This document shows, in pieces, positions 48,032-56,628 of a stretch of 64,000 nt of DNA. Within the stretch, counting starts at the first letter, position 1. Every line of letters begins with the position of its first letter. This stretch comes from an uncultured delta proteobacterium. GTDB lineage: Bacteria > Myxococcota_A > Polyangia > Polyangiales > Houyiibacteriaceae. The stretch spans positions 608,001 to 672,000 of the forward strand of contig CAVOVB010000002.1 in assembly GCA_963699755.1 (NCBI GenBank), read 5' to 3'. The translations under genes and the position numbers were made by a program. The notes beneath the pieces were generated by a model. That model was not told where the DNA came from and made no database searches. It saw nothing but the letters and a program-made list of their open reading frames with translations.

Positions 48032-48689
48032 AAATCGCGGCACCCTTTTTCCCGTCGGCCTCGATGGTGCCGCCCACACCGTCCAGCACTACAGCTGCCG
48101 CAAAGAGCCCGACGAAGCGGCTGTAGCGACCGTCGAGTCGGCCCTTCAGCGCTTTTTGTCCCGCGAGCGTGAACGCTGCTTCTCGAAGCTCTGGGGCGAT
48201 GGCTTCCCCGGTGTCCTCGACTTCAATCACTACGCGGGCGCCCCGCTGGTAGACCCGGACGGTCGCGCGTGGGTCGGCTACGTTGGCGAGCGTGTTGTAG
48301 AGGAGTAGCTCGACGACCTCGACGGCAACCTGTGCACCGTGAGCGTATAGCTGATCGTCCCTGGCGATCTCGACGGTCACCGGAACAGGTGTGTCTTCTC
48401 GCTCCAGCCGTTCCAAGAACACACCAACATCTCCGTTGGCGGCCTCCAGCGGAACCTGCCCCGTGAGCCAACGGCTGATCCAAGCGAGCATGTCGAGGCC
48501 TCGACGCAATTCACCTACGCCGAGCCTCACGTCTTGCAAGGCTTCGACCGAGTCGTCGTCCGCTAGGCCAACCTCTTGGAGGAAATCCACGTTGGCGCTG
48601 ATCGTAGCAGCAGGGTTGCGTAAGTCGTGAACGAGGAGCCCCAAAAGATGACCCAGATCATCCGCATCGATCTCATTGGGCTTCGCCAC
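47982..48689 (-). CDS. Sensorless histidine-kinase-like protein with degenerate HATPase domain
   Basis: LVHDLRNP H-box at the N-terminus; LLYN, EDTG; G2 box reduced to FVGLF. Confidence 0.7.
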   Translation of the reverse strand: MAKPNEIDADDLGHLLGLLVHDLRNPAATISANVDFLQEVGLADDDSVEALQDVRLGVGELRRGLDMLAWISRWLTGQVPLEAANGDVGVFLERLEREDTPVPVTVEIARDDQLYAHGAQVAVEVVELLLYNTLANVADPRATVRVYQRGARVVIEVEDTGEAIAPELREAAFTLAGQKALKGRLDGRYSRFVGLFAAAVVLDGVGGTIEADGKKGAAIFRVFLPGARPTRAPSA

Positions 48690-48715
48690 CTGTTGCCCTT
48701 ACCACGGGGCGTAAC

Positions 48716-49675
48716 TCAAGGGAAGAAGAGCACCTCAGCCTCGCCGTGTGCTTCGATCAGCGCAGCAATGTAGGAGAGAATCGTGCCTTTGCGGTCCAGA
48801 ACCTCGGCGATTTGGGCATCGCTCAGCAAGGGATGCGACTGTTGACTCGGGTCTTTGGCTAGCTCATTGCGAATCGAAGCCTCGTCGAGGGCTTCCAAGC
48901 GGCGAACCAGCTCTCGGGAGAAGCGCTTGGTAGCGGTGAAGCCTTCGAGCAGCGTCTCGTAGCGCCTCGCCGGCAGCGGCGTCGAGAACGCCCGGTCGTT
49001 GTCCCGCAAGAAGGCTCGTTGCCGTTTGCTATCCGTGGGCAGGTTCCCGCCGCTGAACCGATCCCAATTTCCGATGAGCAAGTCGAACACGGTCATCGTC
49101 GAGAGGTCGCGCGCGAGCGCCGCCTTACCCTCGGGAACGTCTCCGTCTCCAAGCCAGCTCCGCCAGCTCGCCGTGTTTTCGAGCCGAAGCGATCTAAGGC
49201 CCTTGATCCAGTAGACGGCGGCGCCGGGCGCCGAGCCATCCTCGTCCCACAAAATCGCACGTCGAATCGACGCACGCCGATCGAGCATGTCTTCATGGAA
49301 ACGGTGGCTGATTTCCTTCCAGGTTGCGCGACGAAAAATGGCAGGCGGGACATTGTCGAGGCCCAGCAACCGGCTGATCCTGTACGCAGCGATCTCGTAT
49401 CGATAGCCATCTTGGATCGCTCGGCTGCTGACCCTCAAGGCCGCGGTCATCCGCGCGACGGTACGCATCCTGAGGACGACCGAGCTGTGACCCACGGGCT
49501 TGAAGCTCCGCGAGTCGGCCGTCGAGATGACCTCGAGGATCTCGTCTTGCTCGAGCTCGGTGCCGACGAAGCGGGGCGGCGGACCGAGCTCGGCGCTTGC
49601 TACCGAGCCCAGCCATGCGAACACCGCCGACGCCAGCGCAACGCTAGCGGACGCCCGCAAACAGGTTCTTGGCAA
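48716..49675 (-). CDS. Exported atypical kinase-fold protein (Fam20/Four-jointed/PI4K-like)
   Basis: Signal peptide; EIAAYRISRLLGLDNVPP; FDLLIGNWDRFSGGN; RDNDRAF. Confidence 0.65.
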   Translation of the reverse strand: MPRTCLRASASVALASAVFAWLGSVASAELGPPPRFVGTELEQDEILEVISTADSRSFKPVGHSSVVLRMRTVARMTAALRVSSRAIQDGYRYEIAAYRISRLLGLDNVPPAIFRRATWKEISHRFHEDMLDRRASIRRAILWDEDGSAPGAAVYWIKGLRSLRLENTASWRSWLGDGDVPEGKAALARDLSTMTVFDLLIGNWDRFSGGNLPTDSKRQRAFLRDNDRAFSTPLPARRYETLLEGFTATKRFSRELVRRLEALDEASIRNELAKDPSQQSHPLLSDAQIAEVLDRKGTILSYIAALIEAHGEAEVLFFP

Positions 49676-50792
49676 TGACCATCCGTTGGATCTGGGAAGT
49701 GCCCTCGTAAATCTGAAGGATCTTCGCGTCGCGCATCAGCTTCTCTACTGGGTACTCGGTGATGTAGCCATTGCCACCAAAGACTTGAACCGCATCGGTC
49801 GCGACTTGCATTGCACTGTCTGCACCGAACGCCTTGCTGTACGATGCCACGAGCGAGTTTCGGCCACCCTGGTCGATCTGCCAGGCGGCCTTCCAGACGA
49901 GAAGTCGGGTCGCCTCGTACTTGATGCCCATCTCTGCAATCATGGCCTGAACCATTTGATGTTCGGCGATTGGAACGCCAAACGTTTTTCGCTCGAGCGC
50001 ATAGGCGATCGATTCTTCGAGGGCGCGCCGCATGAGACCGCAAGCGCCGGCACCGATGTCTGGTCGAGTACGGTCGAAGGTCTGCATCGCCAGCTTGAAT
50101 CCGTGCCCTGGTTCAGCGAGCACGTTGTCTGATGAGACGCGGACGTCTTCGAAGTTGACGACGGCGGTGTTGCTGGCACGCTGGCCGAGCTTGTCTTCGG
50201 TCTTTCCTATGGTGACGCCGTTCGCATCTCGGTCGACGACGAACCCCATGATGCCGCCGTGACGGAGTGACGGGTCGACCGTTGCGAACACCACGTACCA
50301 ACTGGCCCAGGCGGCGTTGGTGATGTAGACCTTTTCTCCATTAATGATCCAGTCATTGCCATCTTTGCGGCAGCGCGTTTGAATCCCCGCGGAATCGCTT
50401 CCCGCGACGGATTCCGTGATCGCATACGATGCGAAGATGGGCTCCGAGGTCAGCATCCCGAGGTACTTCTTCTTCTGGGCTTCGTTGCCAGCGATGAGCA
50501 GCGGCGTGGCGGCCAGCACGTTCGCGGTCATGCTGGTCTGAATGCCGGTGCAGCCGAACGCGAGCTCTTCGGTGAGAAGCACATGGTCGACTTCACCCAT
50601 CCCTGCGCCGCCATACGCTTCTGGAATGTTCGGCCCGACGAAGCCGAGCTCCCAGGCCTCTTTGAAGACGTCCATTGGGAACTCGTGGTTCTTGTCCGCC
50701 TCGGCGGCGACGGGGATGATCTTCTCGCGGGTGAAGCGGCGGGCTTCCTCCACAAGGGCTTTTTGTTCGGGGGTCAACTCGAAATCCAACAT
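49644..50792 (-). CDS. Acyl-CoA dehydrogenase
   Basis: AITESVAGSD, NGEKVYITN, KLGQRAS, RKTFG, QVFGGNGY, IYEGTSQIQR. Confidence 0.95.
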   Translation of the reverse strand: MLDFELTPEQKALVEEARRFTREKIIPVAAEADKNHEFPMDVFKEAWELGFVGPNIPEAYGGAGMGEVDHVLLTEELAFGCTGIQTSMTANVLAATPLLIAGNEAQKKKYLGMLTSEPIFASYAITESVAGSDSAGIQTRCRKDGNDWIINGEKVYITNAAWASWYVVFATVDPSLRHGGIMGFVVDRDANGVTIGKTEDKLGQRASNTAVVNFEDVRVSSDNVLAEPGHGFKLAMQTFDRTRPDIGAGACGLMRRALEESIAYALERKTFGVPIAEHQMVQAMIAEMGIKYEATRLLVWKAAWQIDQGGRNSLVASYSKAFGADSAMQVATDAVQVFGGNGYITEYPVEKLMRDAKILQIYEGTSQIQRMVIAKNLFAGVR

Positions 50793-50807
50793 GTTGCTAC
50801 CTCTCGA

Positions 50808-50936
50808 TCAGCGGCGTCGTTCTTGCTCGCGACGCTCCAGCTCGGCTCTCACGGCCCTAGCTCCCATTCGAAACCCGAGCGCAAAGCCGATCAGCAATAT
50901 GCCCGGAATGTAGATGATATGGCCGATGGATGGCAT
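50808..50936 (-). CDS. 42-aa single-TM small protein (absent from the ORF track)
   Basis: MPSIGHIIYIPGILLIGFALGFRMGARAVRAELERREQERRR*; ATG overlaps the upstream TGA (TGATG) and the ORF fills the gap before the acyl-CoA dehydrogenase gene. Confidence 0.65.
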   Translation of the reverse strand: MPSIGHIIYIPGILLIGFALGFRMGARAVRAELERREQERRR

Positions 50937-51259
50937 CAGCTGCCACCGCTTGCTCGAATCTCGGCACTGAGCCGCTCCAGCTCCTCCGCCGTGTGGCGCT
51001 GCAGGCCGCGCATACGCATCAGAAACAGAAAGAGGAGCACCCAGACGATCGCATAGGCCCCCAACATGAGCGCACCGCCGGGAACGCTCTCCGCTTCGGG
51101 CCCGCTCACGCCGACAAACTGAGCGGCCCGCTCTTCGGCAGCGTCTTTGTACACCTCGGCGGCCGCAAGGTCTGGTTCGGCCGATGGCTCTTGCGCGAGA
51201 GTCAACGGAGCGATGAGCATCGTGAATCCAAACACGAATCGGGCGATCAGATCTCGCAT
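50936..51259 (-). CDS. CcmD-like heme exporter subunit with N-terminal signal-like extension
   Basis: AYAIVWVLLFLFL TM plus a basic/coiled tail, immediately after ccmC. Confidence 0.6.
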   Translation of the reverse strand: MRDLIARFVFGFTMLIAPLTLAQEPSAEPDLAAAEVYKDAAEERAAQFVGVSGPEAESVPGGALMLGAYAIVWVLLFLFLMRMRGLQRHTAEELERLSAEIRASGGS

Positions 51260-51269
51260 GTCAATTCCT

Positions 51270-51968
51270 TCATCGGTGCATCAACTCGAATCGTAGTCGG
51301 GCGGTTTCTTCTCGTTGGCGTTCCGCCGAGGCACGTGCCCAAATCAAGAGCACCGCTAGGCCTGTGAACGCGATGAAGCTGAGGCCGAGCGCCCAGTACA
51401 TCTCAGACTCGAGCCCGCCGCCTTTGCCAGTAATCACGGTCGGGTGCACACCTCTCCAACGTTGAACGCTGTAGTGAATCAGCGGCAGGTCCACGAGCCC
51501 GAAGAGCGCCAAGCCGGCGGCGAAGCGCTTCTCGACCTCCCCTGCGTTGCCCATCGAGCGAAGCGACAAGTACGCCGCGAAGATCATGCCGGCCAATAGC
51601 GTAGTCGTGAGGCGGGGATCCCAGGTCCACCACACGCCCCAGGCCTTTCGCGCCCAGAGTGGGCCGGTGAGCAGAACGATCAGACAGAAGAGCATGCCCA
51701 CTTCAGCTCCAGCGACCGCCAGGGCGTCCCACTTCGGGTCGCGCCTGAGCAGGTAAACGGCGCTGCCGACCGCTGAAACGGCGAAGCCGATGTACATCGC
51801 GTAGGCGCTCGGCACATGGAAATAGAAAATCTTCTGCACGATGCCCATCTTTTGCTCGACGGGGGCAACGACGAAAATCGTGTAGAGGGTCACCGCGAAG
51901 AGCGCCAGGGTTGCGAACAAAATCAGCGACCAAACGGTCGAGCTACCGGATTGACGTGCACCACTCAT
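51270..51968 (-). CDS. ccmC: Heme exporter / cytochrome c biogenesis protein CcmC
   Basis: IFYFHVP, GPLWARKAWGVWWTWDPRLT (WWD motif), SVQRWRGVHP. Confidence 0.92.
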   Translation of the reverse strand: MSGARQSGSSTVWSLILFATLALFAVTLYTIFVVAPVEQKMGIVQKIFYFHVPSAYAMYIGFAVSAVGSAVYLLRRDPKWDALAVAGAEVGMLFCLIVLLTGPLWARKAWGVWWTWDPRLTTTLLAGMIFAAYLSLRSMGNAGEVEKRFAAGLALFGLVDLPLIHYSVQRWRGVHPTVITGKGGGLESEMYWALGLSFIAFTGLAVLLIWARASAERQREETARLRFELMHR

Positions 51969-52091
51969 GAGCCAACTCGCCGAGACGCTAGCATGGGGTC
52001 GCTAGGGCGTCAGCCTGTCTAGCCCTCGAATTCTTCCAATAAACGTGGTCAGGCTTGCTGCCCTTGCGGCGCGCCGCTAAAGACGGCGCTG

Positions 52092-53015
52092 ATGGATTTG
52101 CTCGACCGGCGGTTCCTTTTCGTTGTGGGCAAGGGTGGCGTCGGCAAGACCACCGTCGCGACCGGGCTTGCACTTGCGGCAAGCCGCCGCGGCAAGAAGG
52201 TCCTGCTGGCGCTCGTCAACTGTCAAGAGCGTGTGAGCAAGCTTCTCGACACTGATCCGATCGGCCCCCAAATCGTAACGATTCGCGAGAACCTAGACGT
52301 GGTGAACATGACCCCCGACGCGGCCCTCGAAGAATACGGGCTGATGATCTTGAAGGTGAAGGCCGTCTTCAATGCCGTTTTCGGGAACCGACTGGTTCGG
52401 GCTTTCCTCAAAGGGACGCCGGGGCTCGAAGCCTGGTCGATGCTCGGAAAGGCCTTCTATCACGCATGCCCACCCCGGGGAGAGCCGGACTACGACCTCG
52501 TGATCGTCGATGGGCCGGCGACCGGACATGCGCTCGACATGCTGCGGGTGCCGTTCGTGATCGAAAGCGTCGCACCGCCAGGCCTCTTGCGACGCGATGC
52601 GGCGCGCGCTGTCGACATGTTCCGTGACCCCGAACGATCGGGCGCTGTCCTGGTCACGCTCCCCGAATACATGCCTGCGAGCGAAACGATCGAGCTTTCC
52701 GACGCTTTGACCAACGAGCTGCAGATTCCGGTGCTGCGACTGGTCATCAACCGGGTGCTCAACGTGCTCTTCGTCGAAAAAGAACGTCCCGTCATCGAAG
52801 ACCTGCCGTTGGCGCTCGCCGAGGACAGCGAGATCCGGGGCCTGGCCATTGCCGGCCAAAGACGCGTCCTTCGTGAGACGGTCCAGGCGCGGGCGGTGCG
52901 GCAGGTCTGTACCCACATCGATGCACCCTGCAGCGAGCTGCCTTACTACAGCGGTCTGGAGAAGGATACGGCTGCGATCGAGGCGCTGAGCGAGGCGCTG
53001 CTGCAAACCGTTTGA
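52092..53015 (+). CDS. ArsA/Get3-like ATPase (single domain)
   Basis: GKGGVGKTT, DGPATGH, VTLPE.MP..ET, VINR. Confidence 0.85.
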   Translation: MDLLDRRFLFVVGKGGVGKTTVATGLALAASRRGKKVLLALVNCQERVSKLLDTDPIGPQIVTIRENLDVVNMTPDAALEEYGLMILKVKAVFNAVFGNRLVRAFLKGTPGLEAWSMLGKAFYHACPPRGEPDYDLVIVDGPATGHALDMLRVPFVIESVAPPGLLRRDAARAVDMFRDPERSGAVLVTLPEYMPASETIELSDALTNELQIPVLRLVINRVLNVLFVEKERPVIEDLPLALAEDSEIRGLAIAGQRRVLRETVQARAVRQVCTHIDAPCSELPYYSGLEKDTAAIEALSEALLQTV

Positions 53016-53063
53016 TCACTTGCGGGCGGTCGACAATCCACTAGCTTGCAGATTGAGGTCATC

Positions 53064-54560
53064 ATGCCCGGTTCGGCAGCATCAGGTCTTTCGTTTCAAA
53101 CACCGCTGATCTTCGAGCAGGGCTCGCCCGGCCGCCATGGCGCTTCGCTCAAGACCGACCAGCTCCCGGAAGTCGACCCGAGGAGCGCCTTCGGGGACAT
53201 GGCCCGGGAGCGACCGGCGCTGCTGCCAGAGGTGTCCGAGCCCGAGGTGGTGCGCCACTACGTGCGCTTGAGTCAGCAGAACTTCGCGATTGACATCGGG
53301 ATGTACCCGCTCGGCTCTTGCACGATGAAGTACAATCCCAAGGTCAACGAGTGGGCAGCGCGCTTGAGTGGTTTCGCCGACCTCCATCCCTACATGCCTG
53401 ACGAGCTCGTCCAGGGCGCCCTCGAGCTCATGTGGCGGCTCGAGCAAGGACTGGCCGAGGTCTGCGGGATGGATCGAGTCTCGCTTCATCCGGCGGCGGG
53501 CGCGCAAGGCGAGCTGACGGGCCTCATGATGATTCGGGCTTACCACCGAGCCCAGGGGCGCGACCCGAAGAAGGTACTGATCCCCGACACCGCACATGGG
53601 ACGAATCCAGCCTCCTGTGCTCTCAACGGCTTGCAGGCGGTTCCCTTTCCGGTCGGCGAGGAAGGCATCGTCACCGCGGAGGCCTTGGCGCCCTTCCTCG
53701 ACGACGACGTCGCAGCGGTCATGGCGACCAATCCGAACACGGTCGGGCTTTTCGAATCCCACATGGCGGAGATCTCGGAGCTCGTTCACAGCAAGGGCGG
53801 CCTCGTCTACGGCGATGGCGCCAACCTCAACGCCTTGATGGGCAAAGCGAGGCCGGGCGACCTCGGCATCGACGTGATGCAGTTCAACTTGCACAAGACC
53901 TTCACGACCCCGCACGGGGGTGGCGGTCCGGGTTGCGGGCCCGTTGGCTACAAGGCGCTCCTCGATCCCTACGCGCCGGTGCCTGTTGTCGAGAAGCGAG
54001 AAGGACGTTTCGCCCTCGACTACGAGAGCCGCCCGGCGTCGGTCGGCAGGCTGCGCTCGTTCCAGGGCAACTTCGGCATGATGGTGCGTGCCTATGCCTA
54101 TCTTCGAGAAATGGGGGCCGAAGGCCTCAAGCGGGCCACCGAGCTCGCCGTGCTCAATGCCAACTACCTGCGCGCCCGCCTCGGTGAGGTCTGGCACGTC
54201 CCGTACGACCGAATCTGCATGCATGAAGTGGTGATTAGCGATCGCCATCTCAAGGAGTCGCACGTCACAACGATGGACGTGGCCAAGCGCTTGATGGACT
54301 ACGGATTTCACCCGCCCACCGTGTACTTCCCATTGGTCGTCAAAGGCGCGATGCTGATCGAGCCGACCGAGACCGAGAGCCTGCAAACGCTCGACGAGTT
54401 CGTGGACGTCATGAACGCGATTGGTGTTGAGGCGACCACGGAGCCCGACTTCGTCAAGGCCGCCCCCCAGCTCACGCGTTTGCGTCGGCTGGACGAGACC
54501 CAGGCTGCTCGGAACCCCGTTCTACGTTGGACAGCTCCCGAGACACCGCACGAACCATAG
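53064..54560 (+). CDS. gcvPB: Glycine dehydrogenase (decarboxylating) subunit 2
   Basis: YPLGSCTMKYNP, AHGTNPAS, NLHKTFTTPHGGGGPG, IEPTETES. Start ATG 53064. Confidence 0.96.
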   Translation: MPGSAASGLSFQTPLIFEQGSPGRHGASLKTDQLPEVDPRSAFGDMARERPALLPEVSEPEVVRHYVRLSQQNFAIDIGMYPLGSCTMKYNPKVNEWAARLSGFADLHPYMPDELVQGALELMWRLEQGLAEVCGMDRVSLHPAAGAQGELTGLMMIRAYHRAQGRDPKKVLIPDTAHGTNPASCALNGLQAVPFPVGEEGIVTAEALAPFLDDDVAAVMATNPNTVGLFESHMAEISELVHSKGGLVYGDGANLNALMGKARPGDLGIDVMQFNLHKTFTTPHGGGGPGCGPVGYKALLDPYAPVPVVEKREGRFALDYESRPASVGRLRSFQGNFGMMVRAYAYLREMGAEGLKRATELAVLNANYLRARLGEVWHVPYDRICMHEVVISDRHLKESHVTTMDVAKRLMDYGFHPPTVYFPLVVKGAMLIEPTETESLQTLDEFVDVMNAIGVEATTEPDFVKAAPQLTRLRRLDETQAARNPVLRWTAPETPHEP

Positions 54561-55548
54561 CCTGTTTCTGGTGAAACGGGAGGAACGCCGCTTTGAATCC
54601 GTTGATGATCATGCGGTGAATATCACCCCGATTCATTCCCATTTGGCTGTGGCAAAGCCATAGCTCGCGCGACACGGTCGTATCGGCGATCAGCCTGTTG
54701 TCCGTGTTGATCGTCACTCGCAAGCCGAGGTCGTGATAGAGCTTGAGCGGGTGCGTGCGAAGATCCGTCACGGCGCCGGTCTGCACGTTCGACGAGGGAC
54801 AGCACTCGAGCGCGATGCGATGATCGTTGACGTAGTGGAGCAGATCGCCGTCTTCGCGTAAGCGGCAAGCGTGCCCGATCCGGTGCGCACCGCAAACGTG
54901 AATCGCCTGATGAATCGACGCCGGCCCGTAGGCCTCTCCGGCATGAATGGTTACGGCGATGTTGTTGTCACGGACCAACTTGAATGCGCGAAGGTGGTGT
55001 TTGGCAGGATGGTCGTACTCGGCGCCCGCCAAGTCGAATGCGACGACGCCGCGGTTCTTGTAGGCAACGGCCAGCTGGGCCATTTCGAACGACGACTCTG
55101 GCGAAATGTTCCGAATCCCACAGAGGATTACATTCGCGACGACACCGTGATCCTTTTGTGCTTCCCAGAGTCCTGTCAGAACGGCTTCGACCACGGTCGT
55201 GAGCCGGAGTCCGCCCCGTGTGTGGAGAATGGGTGAGTAGCGCACCTCCATGTAGCGGACGTTTTCCGCAGCGGCATCCTCGCTGAGCTCGTAGGCAACG
55301 CGGTAGAGCGCCTCGGCGGTCTGCAAGACCTTGAGCGTCGTGTCGAACGCCTTCAGGTATTCGACCAGCGAGCCGGCACGTTCGCCGCAATGCAGCGCCT
55401 CTTTGAGGGGCTCCGGCGTGTCGGCGGGCAAGTCGATTTCCTGCTCCGCAGCAAGCTCGAGCATGGTGGACAGCCTCAGCGAACCGTCCAGATGAACGTG
55501 CAGGTCGGTCTTTGGGAGGCTCCGAATCTCGGAGAGCGTCAGCGCCAT
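54472..55548 (-). CDS. add: Adenosine deaminase
   Basis: PKTDLHVHLDGS, DLAGAE, HAGE, RIGH, CPSSN, INTDN. Confidence 0.93.
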   Translation of the reverse strand: MALTLSEIRSLPKTDLHVHLDGSLRLSTMLELAAEQEIDLPADTPEPLKEALHCGERAGSLVEYLKAFDTTLKVLQTAEALYRVAYELSEDAAAENVRYMEVRYSPILHTRGGLRLTTVVEAVLTGLWEAQKDHGVVANVILCGIRNISPESSFEMAQLAVAYKNRGVVAFDLAGAEYDHPAKHHLRAFKLVRDNNIAVTIHAGEAYGPASIHQAIHVCGAHRIGHACRLREDGDLLHYVNDHRIALECCPSSNVQTGAVTDLRTHPLKLYHDLGLRVTINTDNRLIADTTVSRELWLCHSQMGMNRGDIHRMIINGFKAAFLPFHQKQAMVRAVSRELSNVERGSEQPGSRPADANA

Positions 55549-55566
55549 ACCGTACATTGTAGCCCT

Positions 55567-56460
55567 TTAACGGGCGAGCTCGAAACGGCCCAAAACCTCA
55601 ATCACTTCGTCGAGTCGCTTGGCATCGACGCTGACCCTGGTAGGCATGCCCCCGTTGAGTCCGAGGGCGCGCACCAGGTCAATGCCGCTGTCGAAGCGCG
55701 CCGCCACGGTGACGGTGGTCTCGTCGTGCACCAGAGAAATGGGAGCAAGTCGTTGGCCTATCAGGAGCAGCTCGGTCTTGTCGTAGGGCCCGTCTCGTCG
55801 GCGTGCGTCACAGATCGCGAGGCTGCCTCGAACCTCGTAGCGAGCTGACAAACGCTTCGACTCGTGTTCGATGGCCTCGAGTGCCTCGGCAGCGGCTTGG
55901 AACTCTCGGTAGATCGCTGCGTCGCGCGCGCCATCAGCCAGGTACCGCACCATCAGGCCGCGAAGCCCCTCGTCCCGCGGCCTGGCACGGAGTGCGCGAT
56001 CGAGAACGCGCGCTCGCTCGCTTGGCTCGCCGAGGCGCGTGTCGATCGCCCGCGCATCACCGTCCGCACCTTCATAGGGCTCGACGCCGCCGCGAATCCA
56101 TTTGGCCGCCGAGCAGAGACCGTCGAAGTCTGAATGGCAACAGACCGTATCGATTTCGCCTGCGGCCGCTACGCGTTCGGGCGTGACGAGCTCGGGGCAG
56201 GCCCCGTGCTGCGCCTTGGTCCTCAAGACGAAACGAGGGTCATCTGCATAGTCAGGGTGCCTATCGTGGTCGTGGTGGTCGATCCACATCGCGAGCCGCG
56301 AGCCCAAGCCCTCAATGAAAGGCAGCGTCGTCTTCTCGTAGCTGGCGCCCCCTGCATTCGCCGCAAAAGCCACATCGAGCACGACCACACGCCCGGGCAG
56401 GCTGCCGGGCTTGGGCAACTTGCGGGGCGTTCCATACGCCAAATGTGGGAAACTACTCAT
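55567..56460 (-). CDS. DHH-like phosphoesterase
   Basis: VVLD, WIDHHDH, HSDFDG motifs. Start ATG 56460. Confidence 0.65.
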   Translation of the reverse strand: MSSFPHLAYGTPRKLPKPGSLPGRVVVLDVAFAANAGGASYEKTTLPFIEGLGSRLAMWIDHHDHDRHPDYADDPRFVLRTKAQHGACPELVTPERVAAAGEIDTVCCHSDFDGLCSAAKWIRGGVEPYEGADGDARAIDTRLGEPSERARVLDRALRARPRDEGLRGLMVRYLADGARDAAIYREFQAAAEALEAIEHESKRLSARYEVRGSLAICDARRRDGPYDKTELLLIGQRLAPISLVHDETTVTVAARFDSGIDLVRALGLNGGMPTRVSVDAKRLDEVIEVLGRFELAR

Positions 56461-56628
56461 GATCCGAGCATGTGACCCAGCCGACTGAGGTGCAACTCGG
56501 GGATAGCCCGATCGGTTTTTCCCAAACCGATGCCTCGGGGAAACACATCGGAAATACGATGCAGCCATAGATCCCCTCGTGCCGCTGCCGAGGGTGCGCC
56601 GCGGCCATGACTAAGAGGTGCAAAGATC

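Noticed and set aside
46307..48079. 590-aa minus-strand ORF (likewise 24396-26009, 30537-32036, 28917-30308, 53082-54386)
   Set aside because: Each lies antisense to well-supported genes and has no domain signature.
52092..53015. Arsenic-resistance ArsA
   Set aside because: Single domain with no arsB, arsC, arsD or arsR neighbours; it better fits the Get3-like bacterial group.
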